A DNA stretch of 64,000 bases from contig CP000070.1 of assembly GCA_000002445.1 (NCBI GenBank), positions 672,001-736,000 on the forward strand, read 5' to 3'. The stretch's first letter is position 1. Every line of letters begins with the position of its first letter. Below, in pieces: positions 22,460 to 34,913 of the stretch. The notes beneath the pieces are model-generated. The model saw only the letters and a list, made by a program, of their open reading frames with translations, had not been told where the DNA came from and searched no databases. The translations under genes and the position numbers were made by a program. This DNA is from Trypanosoma brucei (Eukaryota).

Positions 22460-25400
22460 AATGGTGTCCCGGTACTGTAATGACCTCTCTTCCTGGCGTT
22501 CAGTTGAAACTCCTCTATGTTCTTTTTTCGATGGCTTTAGTACTCCTCGCGCGGTCTCTCCCACTCACTGATATATATATATATATATTGCCTTGCTGAG
22601 TGCGCTTTGCTTCCTTCAAATTATGAGCTCCAACTATACGTGCGCAAACCTTGTCTTCCGGACTATTTTTTATACGAATAAGTAGCCAGACAACGTAACT
22701 AACTCTGTCTTTGTTCTTACCTTTGTTATGATGACTTGTGAACTTCCGTTAGTTGTTCCATTAGTTGAGGGCAGGGGAGATGGAAAGTATTTGAAATAAT
22801 CTCGAGGCAACCAAGTGCAAAGTAATTTGTGACGACGACTCGAACAAGTGGAACTACACCGCTGCTCGCAGTGCTCTCGATTACACACCTATTTTCGCAT
22901 TGTCGTTTTGTCGTTGTTTCAAGCCCCTTTCCCCTCTTTATATAAATATATAAATAAATAAATATATATATATATATATCTGTCCTTTGTTTTGCTCTCC
23001 TTGAAGGATCCATTAGCTGAGTCGCTAGATGACATGCACAGACTTCAAATAAACAAGTAAAAATAAATAATGGGGAATCGGATTTGTTTTTTACAGCCCG
23101 GCGGGAAAAAAAAGCCAGGAGCCAAAGGGGCAAAAAAAAAAAAAAGACGAACAAACAACGCGAGCGGAGGGCGATAAGTGCAGAATTGGCATGCATGTGT
23201 TTGCGCATATATGAAACAAAAGAAGAGAGAAGTTGATTAGATGAAGAACGGCAATACGCAATGGCCACAAAAAGTTTAATATACCAAATATGCTGGCTTC
23301 ATGCATTCAATATATTCTTCACCATTCTACCGCTTCTCTTCGCGCAGTACATATAATTCCGTCGCATGCGTACACTTCCACACACGATGTTATTGATCTC
23401 GATATTACAAGTTAACCACAAAAATAAGGGGAAGGGAAAATAAAAGCACGCGTATGCAAACACATACACATATATGTATATATCGAAAAGTTATTTTCAA
23501 AAAAATCATCAAGGGACATTTGCTTCAGTGGTCTCACATACAGTCCCTTTGTTTTTTCCCTTTTCCGCAGTGATTCTGTTTCTCGCTTCGTCCCAACTCG
23601 TGTTATTATTTTTTTTATCTGTGTTTTTATTTGGTCGTCTCCTTTCACCTTCTATTTGGGCAAGCTGCTTTTATTGGTACATTTTTTAAATTTTTTTGAT
23701 TGTGGCTGCGGTGCCTTTTCTGTTTATTATTACTCTCTTTCCCTCACTCTTCACTCCCCTCTTCCTCATCCTCCTTAACGATTTATTTAATGCTCGCTGA
23801 TTGTGTTGAAGACTTAAAGATAATATAAAACAATAAAATATAATAAATAAAAAAATATCAAGTGAATGCTAAGGGGAAATGGTAATTTTTTTAAATTTTT
23901 TGCCTCTCCCTTCGGACTACACCACATCTGTAAAAATGCCGTAGTCCGCACCTTTCAAAGCCCAAAAACAAAAAACATATAATATATAAAAAGGAGAAAA
24001 TAGTGTCGGATTTTCCGAAAAAATAGTGCGAGAAAACACAAGTGATTGGTGGTCCCCTTGTCTTCCTTTCTGTTTCAACCATACGGATGATTTTCTCTCA
24101 CGTCGTTACTTCTGGTGTTTTTTTTTCATTTCTTTTTTTTTTTGTAAAGGAAAAAATAATGTGTGGGACTTTTCCATATTTTTTTCCATCCTTGTGAGTT
24201 TATCTTCACTTCATTACCTTCAAATCACTCTACTGGTTTTTTCCTTCAATCATTAAATAAAAACAAAAAAGAATTAAGGGGAGCCGAGGACGCAAAAACT
24301 TCACAAACGCATACAGTAATTTCTGAAAGAAATGTGCGCTCAGAGTGTGATACAAATGGCACGTTCCACACTGTCCTACATTCTCAAATGTAAAAAATAA
24401 AATAAAATAAAACGCGACGATGAGTTGAAGAAATGGTATGAATGAAAGGCAACGAAAAGAAAATGGAATTGAATAGAACGGGCGAGAGTGGAGCAAAACA
24501 AAAAAGAAAGTGTTCAAAAAGTAAGGACGCATATTTTATTATTTTTTTCCTCCCTCCTCCATCCCTCCGCAATATTCATCCCTCTTTTTACAGCACAATC
24601 CACTGTTGCGTACTTTCCGCATATAAAAGTCACGCATTTCCATCTTATGCTCCCTACTCCTCCTCATTATTTCATTGTGAACTTTCCATTTCACCTATCC
24701 TGTATGTTTCTCTCCACCACTTTTACTCACGCTGCAGGCCCGCACCCTCACACGCACACACATGTTCCTCTCCTCTTTTTTTTTTGTCTTATATTATGTT
24801 CGCTATTCATTGTTACACCGTTGTTTACTATTTGAAATAATAATAATAATAATGGTTAAAATGTACATATGTACGTATGTACATATTTTAAATATATTCA
24901 TTTATACTTATTTTTAATTCACATACGTGCTTGCATGTTTGATCTTCAGCGTTGGAGCCATATTTTTCCAATCCGCATTATCATCCGTTTCTTCCACTGA
25001 TGTTGTTTCCTTTTCTCCTCCTTTTTCGCTTTCCCTTTCGTTTCCTTTTTTTTTTCTTCTGTTACGCTCTGTTCTGTTCTGTACTTTGTTTGGCTGTTCT
25101 GCTTCACTCACCATCATGAAACCAAAGTTGCTCCACTTATTTCGTTTCACCTCTGCAAAATGTAAATAAATAAATAAATTTTCTTATTTGAGTTCAGTCA
25201 TACCAGATGAATTACTGATTTAAAACGAATTTGGCCAACAAATGCCTGCCCGTCTCCCACATACTCACGCACATATACGAACATACGCAGTTGCCTTAGT
25301 ATATATTTTGTCCACACACTCTTCTTCTTTCTTCTTTTTTTTGTTTTGTTTTTGCCATTTGCTTTACTTTTTTTTTTCAAAAAAAAACTATTTGCTCTCT

Positions 25401-25608
25401 TCATTGCATACACCCACCTATACACAATACATATATATATATATTAGTTTGCACCTGTATGTGGATTTAATTCGACACAATATAATTTATTACTTTCACT
25501 CTTCTCCCTGTCTGTACTCGTCACCAAATCGCTCGCTTCGCCGGATGCCGCTGTTGCCATTGAAATTAATATTTTATATCCTTTTCTTTCTTGTCTTATC
25601 CCCCCGTC

Positions 25609-25633
25609 CACACACACACACACACACACACAC
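25609..25633. repeat. (CA)12 microsatellite
   Basis: tccacacacacacacacacacacacacacc seen directly. Similar (CA)/(TG) tracts occur at about 7729, 11465 and 11813. Confidence 0.8.
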
Positions 25634-28600
25634 CACCCTGCCACAAAATGCATCCCACACACAAAAAAAAAACAAAAAAAAAAAGAAAACACGAAAAAAG
25701 AAAAAGGGAGAGAGCGACCCCGATAATTAAAGTTAAAATCATTTTTAAAAAAAAAGGAGTAAGACAGAAACACAAACATAAACATAATCCTGCATTATGC
25801 GCCTAAGGCCGTATTCGTCCATGATATGGAATATTATGGAGGAGGGAAGGAAAAACAAAGCAAAACAACATTCACAACAGACCAAAGCAGTTACGCACAG
25901 TAGCATGGAACCAGCGGGGAAAAGGAGGGTTTTAAAAAAACAAAAAAAAAGAAAAAGAAATACAAATGGAAAAATGAAAGAAAACAGGAAGAAACACAAA
26001 AAAAAAAAGGAACAAGAACAAGAACAGGGGAAAGGAGGGAAAGGATGGAAAGGAGGTGACTTATTCGGTCAATGACCGGGAAAAAAATAAAAAATAAGAA
26101 AAGCAAAAGAGAAAAATTAAAGAATAGCAAACAAAACAAAGAATGGAATGGAATGAGAAACGGGTAATGAGATTGGAGAGACACGAATATATTCGGTCAC
26201 TTGACACCAACACCCGTAGGGGGTAAGGGGAATTTGATGGAAATTTGATGACAAACAAACGTACGAATGACTCGCGGTCAAAATAAATAAAAACGTTAAA
26301 TGAAAAGAGGGTTAATAGACAAGAAAATAATTATAATCATAATTGTGCTAACAATAACACACCACCGATTTCATCACACCGGCCATTTCTCCCGTGCTCA
26401 CACTCATGGCTTTCAACGGCGTGGAAAAAAAAAAAGAAAATTTTAAAGTAGAAATAAAAGGAAAGGAAAATAAATGCACAGATTGCATCCACCATTTGAG
26501 AAGACATCACGTTGACTCTTTATCTCCTTGTTATTATCATCATTTCATTGTTCTTAATAATAATAATAATAAAAGGTAAAATATGAAGAAAAAAAGTGGA
26601 AAGTGGTCCTTTCGAGAGTTAATTATCTTACATCTAAGTGTTCAGACAGCATAAGTTAACCACGAATTCGATGACGAGAAAGAAAAAATAAATAATGAAA
26701 TGAAGTAGTTATTGCGTTCTTTCATAAATTTATGTATGCATATTCGATCTGACTTCATCTTCCTTAAATCTCTTTCTTCTTCTTTTTTCTTCCACCCGTA
26801 CGCTCCCGTTCACTCCGCAGGCCCCTCGACCTTTCCACTGGTGTTATCGTTGCGGTTATTTTATTATCGTTATCTTTTTGTTCCGCTCAAATGGCGAAAA
26901 GGTGGTGCGGCAAAGAACAGTCAAAGATACAAATATTTATATTGTGTTAATTTTCTTTTTGAAATATATGTATATATAATAAGGTGTGTAGAAATCGTTT
27001 GTCTTTCCTTACGTTCGCATCACGGTTTTATTCTACATGGACATCTGTCGAGGAAGCGAGATACTAACGTGGTGGGAAGGAAGAATAAAACAAGAAAAGG
27101 TGGAACAAACGCAGAACCAAACAAAAAAACAAAGAGAAAACTATCAACCAAAGAAAAATAAAGGGGGAAAGAAAAATCATTATCACGAAAAAGCTGCGCG
27201 ATCCGCGGCCCGATCCCTTTTCTTTAATTCTCCTCCCGCTCCTCCCGTTACGCCCACGGAAGGGTAAAATAAAAAATAACAAAACGCTGAGTGGCTGAGG
27301 GTGTCAAATGGGCGGGCTCATAATAATAATAATAAATAATATATATTTATATTTGATATTTGTAGAAGGGGCTTGGAAATTAATAAAAGGTTGGGAATGG
27401 AGATGGAAAAAGAGGAGAAGGAGAAGGAAAAATAAATGGTAACAAACAAGTCGAGGAAAAGAAGTAAAATAAAAGAGTTTGAAAACAAAATAAATAGGGG
27501 GAACGTGACAGAGAGGAGAACGGGAAGATTAAATAAAATAATATCCATACGCTCTCTGTTTCACCTTTCCCCCATGCACACACACACACATGCATATATA
27601 TCACTTTCTTTGCTTGCAAAATATATATCAATCCCACTGGGCAGGCCTCACAAACAACCACGTGGTAAATTTTTCTAGCATCTGTTTGGATAGCGGTTAT
27701 TATTTTTATTATTATTTGTGTGTGTGTGTGCATGTGTGTGTAAAACCCCCTCCTTCACCACCGATAATTCACCTCGAGTCTCTCCATCATCCCACTTCCA
27801 TTCCCCTCAGCCTCCTCCCACCCCCATGGCCTGGACGGCTGTTATGAAACATACCGATGATAGGAGTCCTCATCATATCATTTTCGAAGTGGGAGGAATG
27901 AGGAAATGAAAGGGAGGATGGAGGCGGCCAAAAATAAATTCAAAAAATAAACAAATAATCAATATTTATGGAGGAAGAATGCTTAAATGGAAAATAAAAC
28001 CAAACAAAAAATATACAAGTATGTAGTCAAGTAAATCATTGCTTAAAGGGGGTGACCAAAATTTGTAAACTGCACCCGTGGCAGCGAAGAGAGAAAAAAA
28101 GAGAGTAAGCTGCTTCTGGGTGTCCCTTCCTCCAAATTTTTAAAAGTTCGATCGCTCAATAGCTTTTACTTCGGTTTAAATAGCCTATGTTTCTCATTTT
28201 CCTCTTTTTTTTTTGTCGTACTTTCCTTTTGCCTTCTTTTGTTTCCGATTTTTTCTTTCAGCTTCTAAAAATTTAACCTTTGTTCAAGCGACGGAGTGCG
28301 CCTTTGAGCCTTCCGTTGCCATTTACAGCCACCAAAACCCTTCATTTCGCCGCTCATTTCTCATTCCCTTCTCCCTCACTAATCCAGCACAATTCCCACG
28401 CAAGCATCGCTGCATTTTATGTGGTGCAGCTTCTGATGAGCAAAAACAAGCCAGCAGAGAGGGGGAAACTTCATTATTCAGAACGGGCAATGGAGCCTCA
28501 ACCGTTATATATATGCGGAAACCATTAAGGGCTAAAGCTCAACGAAAGGACAACTCAATTAGCTATATTCCATTCACGGCCGCCCCCCCCCCCCCACAGG

Positions 28601-28737
28601 GTCAGTCGCGTTCACAAGCAAAAGAAATACAAAGGAAAAGGAAAACGAGAAGAGAAAAAGAAAGTACCGACAGCCCTGCGACGCAACCATCCCTATTCCA
28701 ATCGCCATTGTCTTGTTACTTTTTTTCTTTTCTTACC

Positions 28738-30864
28738 TCAAAAGGGTACGTGTAGGGGAACTTGTGAAGGCATATTCCCCTTGCCAGAGCCGTACATTGG
28801 CAAGCACAAGTTGCGAAAGCCGTCTTCCCGACCTGAGACGAAACAGAAGGGGCCGTACGTTTGCCCATCCGTTCCCATCTGCTGCTGCGCGCTAGCAACC
28901 GGTAGTCCCGTTGCAGAAATCATAGGATACATCACAGTTGTGGAAGGCACCAGAACTGTCGACGGCCAAACGGTATGTCCATTTTGCATTGGTTGTGGGC
29001 AAGGGGCTACTGATGACTGCTTCTGTGGAAAATACATTGCACAGCACGGCACAGACGGGGTGCTCACTTCCCTACCACTGATTGGGGTTACGCTCTGTCG
29101 ATCGTTTAAGCTGAACTGTGACGGTGATGGCACGCTTTTCTCCTCGCTTGGGTCGGTGACGGGGAAAGCCACACCGTGCAGCCTCATTGTTGTTGCGAGG
29201 CCGTGTCTGGTTTCGCCGAGAGGGCCATCTTCATAAACAGGTGGCCTCTGCTGAACCAACACATTCCGGCAGGTGGTACCGTCTGAAGTGATCTGTCCAA
29301 CCGTTGGCGACGCACGCGCCGAGAAGGTATTGGTGGAGGCAGAACCGTGTGAAGACAACTTCCCAGAATGAGTTCCATCCCTTTCGCTACTTACTATACT
29401 CCTTCCCTTATGCAAGTGGCTCATCGTGGGTGACTTTGAAGGGTGAAACGCCACAGTCGGATAGTTCTGCTGCTTTCTCCTATTCTGCTGCTGTGACAGT
29501 GCCCCCAAGAGGTCACCCGAAACAACTCTGTTTCCTGTGCTTTCAGTCTTTGTCGGAACCTTACACTGATCCTCACTGCCAGGGTCCTCCAAGTCTAGCT
29601 TTATAGTAGCGACCAGCTCCTTCAACACGTCTCGACAGATGTGCACATACCAACAGTCCGCTCCGTACCGGCAACCTCCCGGTTTACCGTGTAAGCGGCA
29701 GACAGCGCATGTGTTCAGTGAGCGGGACGCATTGTTCTTCAACACAAAGCGTTCCAACCCGTTGGTATATGCCACTCGACTCAGAGGTACCGCCGCGCCC
29801 TTTATTAAGATGGTACGATGGGCATTCGCTTCAGCGTCCCATTTGTTGGCGTTACACTCGCCATGAAAGGCACAACAGTAGGGAAGGCTTTCGTTTATTT
29901 GACGGAGTCGCTGCACCACCTGGGGGTCTATGTGCATTTGATAGCAGCTCGCTCCACGGAGGCAACGACCAGATTGGAAGAGAAGGCACAGACTCGGGAA
30001 GGAAACGCGGCCGCCAAGTGCTTTTGTAGGAATGATGGAGCTGAGCGGCACGTGTAGCTTGGACCGCTGCGGATCAACCACTGGAATTCTCTGCTCTTCG
30101 GTGGGCTGTTGGGGGCCTACTGTTCTACAGTCATTCAATCCATCAGGCGCAACTTTCACCTTGTCGATGGCGGATTCCATCGCTTCTGTAATTGGCGAAA
30201 ACAAGCTCGGCGTAATCTGAGACATTCCAACCTTAACGGCGTCGTGGATCAAGGAACTCTGCACATCTTTCCCCTCCACCTCCCAGATGTTCGGGTTACA
30301 CGTAACCGACCGCGTTTGCATAATGGTAAAGGGATCTTCGCTCTCTGCAGAAAAATCTTTAAAAGGTGATTCAGGCCGCGAAAAAACATGGGCAAGACAG
30401 TCATCTTGAAACTCCATATTATTCTTCTCCTGGTTCGGTAACGCCGAGTTCACCAAAGAAATGGGGAGGTCAATCGTACTGTTCACGTCACCACTTGGAA
30501 AGACAGAGGAAGTTAGACTTCCATCCACTCCCTCCCTGTTTCCAATACTCCTGGCGGCGGGCACTTCAGCTGCGTTATCTGATATCTCCCTCGTCGACAC
30601 CGTTGCGTCACCCCAATCCGTAAGATGGATGAAGGGTGCAGACACACTCACTGCAACACTCCCACCTCGAGGCAATTGACTTGCGCAAACCCCTTTGGAA
30701 GCAGTGCGCCACGCACACCCACCGTCAATGGCATCCAGCTCAGAGGGCACCCCCATACACTCTCCGCCCTGATATTGTTGGGTTGTGCTACTGGATGGTA
30801 TGCCAGCTGCGCGCGAGACATACGTGACGCTACCGGGAATGTTCGATTGTTCGGGAAGGAACAT
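28738..30864 (-). CDS. CCCH zinc-finger protein, larger paralog C (708 aa; ZC3H22-like)
   Basis: ATG confirmed at 30862-30864. Fingers SLCLLFQSGRCLRGASCYQMH (C-x7-C-x5-C-x3-H) and CRLHGKPGGCRYGADCWYVH (C-x8-C-x5-C-x3-H). Conserved context with A and B (KLHVPLSSIIPTKA..., YCCAFHGE versus ICCALHGD). Confidence 0.7.
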   Translation of the reverse strand: MFLPEQSNIPGSVTYVSRAAGIPSSSTTQQYQGGECMGVPSELDAIDGGCAWRTASKGVCASQLPRGGSVAVSVSAPFIHLTDWGDATVSTREISDNAAEVPAARSIGNREGVDGSLTSSVFPSGDVNSTIDLPISLVNSALPNQEKNNMEFQDDCLAHVFSRPESPFKDFSAESEDPFTIMQTRSVTCNPNIWEVEGKDVQSSLIHDAVKVGMSQITPSLFSPITEAMESAIDKVKVAPDGLNDCRTVGPQQPTEEQRIPVVDPQRSKLHVPLSSIIPTKALGGRVSFPSLCLLFQSGRCLRGASCYQMHIDPQVVQRLRQINESLPYCCAFHGECNANKWDAEANAHRTILIKGAAVPLSRVAYTNGLERFVLKNNASRSLNTCAVCRLHGKPGGCRYGADCWYVHICRDVLKELVATIKLDLEDPGSEDQCKVPTKTESTGNRVVSGDLLGALSQQQNRRKQQNYPTVAFHPSKSPTMSHLHKGRSIVSSERDGTHSGKLSSHGSASTNTFSARASPTVGQITSDGTTCRNVLVQQRPPVYEDGPLGETRHGLATTMRLHGVAFPVTDPSEEKSVPSPSQFSLNDRQSVTPISGREVSTPSVPCCAMYFPQKQSSVAPCPQPMQNGHTVWPSTVLVPSTTVMYPMISATGLPVASAQQQMGTDGQTYGPFCFVSGREDGFRNLCLPMYGSGKGNMPSQVPLHVPF

Positions 30865-31787
30865 ATCCGTGAAAATTCAAAAGTACTGGCTGGCAAACCA
30901 CTGAATGCTTTAACACTCACAGGTTCTTGTCTTCTTGTTTTGGCCGCTTCAATAGGTATATAAACGTGTATAATATCTTTCTTTCCTTTCTTCTCCCTCA
31001 AACTTTAGCCTGGCTTCGACGACTATAAGCGCGTGGTAATCGTAGGTCTCTGCAGCGGTTTATACCCAGTGGGAAGTTAAAAGAGGAGGAAATGGAGGGA
31101 AAGGGGTGTAACAACAGAAAAGCTTTCCGTCGACATGGCAAAAGAAATAAGGCGGGGAAGAGGCAGAAGAACGGATGGGGTGTTCGACGTGCAGTTACAA
31201 AACACCACTCACAAAACGCTAGAAGTTGAAGGTGAGCCTTTCAAAATTGGCAAAACGGTGAGAACAAAACCTACGATCGGTTTAACGTCCTCCAAGCGGG
31301 ATGACGGAACCAGCATATACACTTCAAAAAAAAAAAAAAAGCGGCAATGCAAACGTAGAATGCGCACGTTAGCGGATACCAGTGGCCCCACACTCTGCAC
31401 CAAGTTACCCTTCCACACAGAAAAATATTGCGAACGACAGGGAAGTCGCGCACAACGCCTGCCGGTGACGAGAAGGAAGGAGCGGTCACAATCCACACCG
31501 AACCGCAGGCAGAATTCCCACGGAGGTGCAAGAAGAGGTTACGAAAAACAACAATTACAAGAAAATGCACAAATCGTGTAAGGGGGATCGGACACCTTAA
31601 GCAGTCAGTTGCACTTCCGCACACACGCAAAAAAGGCGGTAGTGCTTTTGAGTGTACCATATATCACGCAACGTGTGAAAATTAATCAGTAGTAACCATA
31701 ACAGCTCCCTTCACCATAGCACTGTCACTTCCAGAAAATTTGCCATCTGCAAACACAAGCCAAAAAGCAAACACATAAATATGGACA

Positions 31788-32150
31788 TCACCGTACCAGC
31801 GTATTGTGATTAAACTGTCGTGAGCACCACTCCACCTCCTCCTCAGCAGCACGGAGGTCCTCGACATCCGCAGTCTCACTTAGGTTCTTGTCATCGTTTA
31901 ATAGTCTGTTCGAGGATGCACCGGAAGCTGCACAGCCATCGCTAATATCTTCAAGACCGTACGTCTCCCTGTACCACTCGTCATAGCGTTCTGCATTAGG
32001 AGTATACATATCCTGCACTTCCTTGTTGGTCTCGAAGCACCTGCGCCACGCCGTACGCTGAGCTGTGGGGGCTGGCTGCGGAAGTTGTGCCACGTAACCC
32101 TGAGTTAATGGTTTGCTAAACAGGAAAAGAAAGAATGTCCTTCGGTGCAT
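31788..32150 (-). CDS. Candidate small acidic protein (120 aa) in the long spacer between the ZC3H22-like and b5-reductase genes
   Basis: ATG confirmed at 32148-32150. Coding-strand orientation. Acidic C-terminal half (DEWYRETYGLEDISDG...EDLRAAEEEVEW). No homology recognised. It could equally be a chance ORF in UTR sequence. Confidence 0.2.
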   Translation of the reverse strand: MHRRTFFLFLFSKPLTQGYVAQLPQPAPTAQRTAWRRCFETNKEVQDMYTPNAERYDEWYRETYGLEDISDGCAASGASSNRLLNDDKNLSETADVEDLRAAEEEVEWCSRQFNHNTLVR

Positions 32151-33593
32151 ATCGTCTGGAATCGCGATATCACCACCCCTTCTGTATGACCAATCTATTC
32201 TGTTCCTTCCTCGTTTTCTTTTCGTAACAAGTTAAAAAATAGCAAGTGAGAAAACGGGGTCGCAGGGAAACGTAACTTTACGCTGTGAGACGGCAATATA
32301 TAGGATGGAACTAGCAACTCAAACTCTCTCCCCACAAACCAACCTGTTGGGACCTAATCAACGACACTCTCAGTGTCGTGTAGGTTAACTACAAGAAAAC
32401 AGCAAAGAGGGGAAAAAGCGAAGACCCGATACTATACAACTTGGACAAATACTTTGGCGTACTGCCCCCCCCGTTCTCATTTCCACGCACAAACACGTAC
32501 ATACCGTCCATAGGGGGAAATGTGAAATAGCGAACGAATTTTCATAAACGGTCCCGTGAGAATACATCACCCACAAGCCTCACGAGGCAAGAGGGACAGC
32601 AACCACTATGAGATCGTGGCAACCTTACGTAGGCGCTGCTTGCAACACACACATTACATAAGCAGGAACTCAGTTGATGGCATGCTTACCAGATCACCGA
32701 GGAATAAATTTATATAACATCGCGGGGGCACTTTAAAGAACGAATCCACTACAATGAACGATATCAAACGTCGTGCTGCCTCACCCACTCCGTCGGCGGC
32801 ACCGATGCGGAGTAAAGGGGTTAACTATAATCCCACAGGTGGAGAGAGTAGACGCCGACCGAGCGCCACACCTTGTACAAGTATGTGGAGTATAACAGTC
32901 CTACCAACAGCCCACATGCTGGCAACTTGTAATCGTTATCACTGGGGCGTCAGAAACGATCAAAGCTCCTGGGACTCACCGAGTTGCCGAATGTGTTAAT
33001 CCTTCCTGTCAAACGAGGCATAAAGTACATGTCGTCCGGACACCCAAAGGACCTTGTAGAAAACAAAGAAGCGCATCAGCCACCGACTGGAGAGTTAGCC
33101 CCCTCCCCCCCCCCCAGCGCGGTGTCACCTTCGTGTGGACGATCTAACGCCTTCAAAAAAAAAAAATAGATGATATAATGAAACGTAGTAAAGTATCAGT
33201 GGACGAGTCTCACCCATTTTCAAATATAGTCGTCCATTGCACTTCATAATAAAACATCCCCAAGGTAAATTTAAAGGGAAAAAGCACCGATATACGCGAA
33301 TGTTTTATTCCATCAATACGGGAAAAATAAATAAGGGGTGCACAAGACAAAAGAGAAATACATTTGGTAACGATAACAAAGAAAAAGTTATGATGAAAAA
33401 CCACTCGCGCGCCCACAGCCAACCTTAAAACAAGCCACTAACGCGGATCAAAAGGCGGCATTTCATACAACATTAAGTATGTCATACAAAACAATTATTG
33501 ATTTGGTAAAGGTATGTCTTCCTCCGTGCACTCAAGCTTGTCGAAGTTTTCGGCAGCACTCGTAGAAATGTCAAGCTCAATTTCTGTCACATC

Positions 33594-34457
33594 TCAAAAC
33601 TTGTAAACCATAGCCTCTGGGTAGCCCAATTCCTTCAGATACCCACTAAGAGGACCTTGTGAACGCCCTTGCTTCTCTCCGCTGATTGTTTTCATAAAAC
33701 CTGGTGGACCACTAACAAGCAATATCGCCTTGTCAACGCAGTTAGGACTGGGCATCGTCTCTTCGATAACTTTTTTCGTTATATGACCCCTGTAACCTCT
33801 CCAATACCAAGGTGGTGACGTCAGCGAATGAAACACAAACAGCTTACCAGGGTTATCGTTGGCCAACTGACCGAAGCGATCCGCCAACAACATTTCCGCC
33901 TTCGAGTGGTTGGAACAAACCAATGAGAACTTTGTCGTATTAGAGGGCCTTCCGAGGAAGTTACGGGCAATTTGATACATTGGAGTAACACCAGTACCCC
34001 CAGCCAGCATACCAATGTGCTCATACTGACCAGACTTAATATCCATTGTCTTCCATGGGCCCTGAACTTCAATCGAGTCACCGACCTTCATGTTGTGAAG
34101 GTGCGATCCCATCCTCGAGTTGGGATATGACTTCACCAGTAACTCAAAACTTCCCTTGTCGGATTCCAGGTTCAAAGGGGTGTATGGCCGCACAACTTCC
34201 TTCCCCTTGTCGTCCACATACCGCAGAGTTATACATGATGGCGCTTCGAAATTAAGCTCCATATCCTTTTCAGGAAGGGCGAAAGTGAAAATCTTCGTGT
34301 CATGTGATTCATCCTGTACACAAACCAGCTTATACGAGTGATATACTGACTGGGAAAAGGGACTTTTTGCTGCAGCCTTGGCCTCAACCGCTCGATCAAC
34401 TTTAAAATATCCAGAGGCAACCATCCCAGTAACAGCAGCAGCTGCAAATACCTTCAT
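33594..34457 (-). CDS. NADH-cytochrome b5 reductase (287 aa)
   Basis: ATG confirmed. FAD-binding RPYTPLN, NADH-binding MLAGGTGVTPMYQ, C-terminal LLVSGPPGFM. Overall layout matches the ferredoxin-NADP reductase / b5R family. Confidence 0.85.
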   Translation of the reverse strand: MKVFAAAAVTGMVASGYFKVDRAVEAKAAAKSPFSQSVYHSYKLVCVQDESHDTKIFTFALPEKDMELNFEAPSCITLRYVDDKGKEVVRPYTPLNLESDKGSFELLVKSYPNSRMGSHLHNMKVGDSIEVQGPWKTMDIKSGQYEHIGMLAGGTGVTPMYQIARNFLGRPSNTTKFSLVCSNHSKAEMLLADRFGQLANDNPGKLFVFHSLTSPPWYWRGYRGHITKKVIEETMPSPNCVDKAILLVSGPPGFMKTISGEKQGRSQGPLSGYLKELGYPEAMVYKF

Positions 34458-34913
34458 CTTGAACCCTTTGCTTTACCGATTACAAGCAACAAAAAAGTGC
34501 TGATGAGAGTTGTGAGGAGAAAAAAAGTTGACTGCGATTTTCCGCAATATAAAAATATATAGGTTTCAACCCACACTATGAGAATCTAAAAGAAACTTCC
34601 GGTATTCCTAAGTGTATATTACAGCGACAACACACCTTTCCCTGTAACCGTCGTTGATCCTTCACCAACTATTTTTAGTGACGTACCCACAAATCGCTCA
34701 CTCCTTTCTCCTGCCACGATAAGTCAGAAAAAACAACGGGTGGATTACCAACCCAGCCCACTATATTTCTTTCTTTTTTTTCTTTTCACATGAAGTACTA
34801 GTTGAAGTACCCCCTTAAAGTCACCGGCATGGTGGTAAGTGGTAGATCTGTGAGAAGAATGCCATATATAATTTGGAAGATCCTGACTACCTACTGCAGT
34901 ATGAAAGACAAAA

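Noticed and set aside
31135-31581. 148-aa ATG-initiated plus-strand ORF (Lys/Arg-rich)
   Set aside because: Opposite strand to the surrounding minus-strand transcription unit, inside a probable UTR. Considered a chance ORF.
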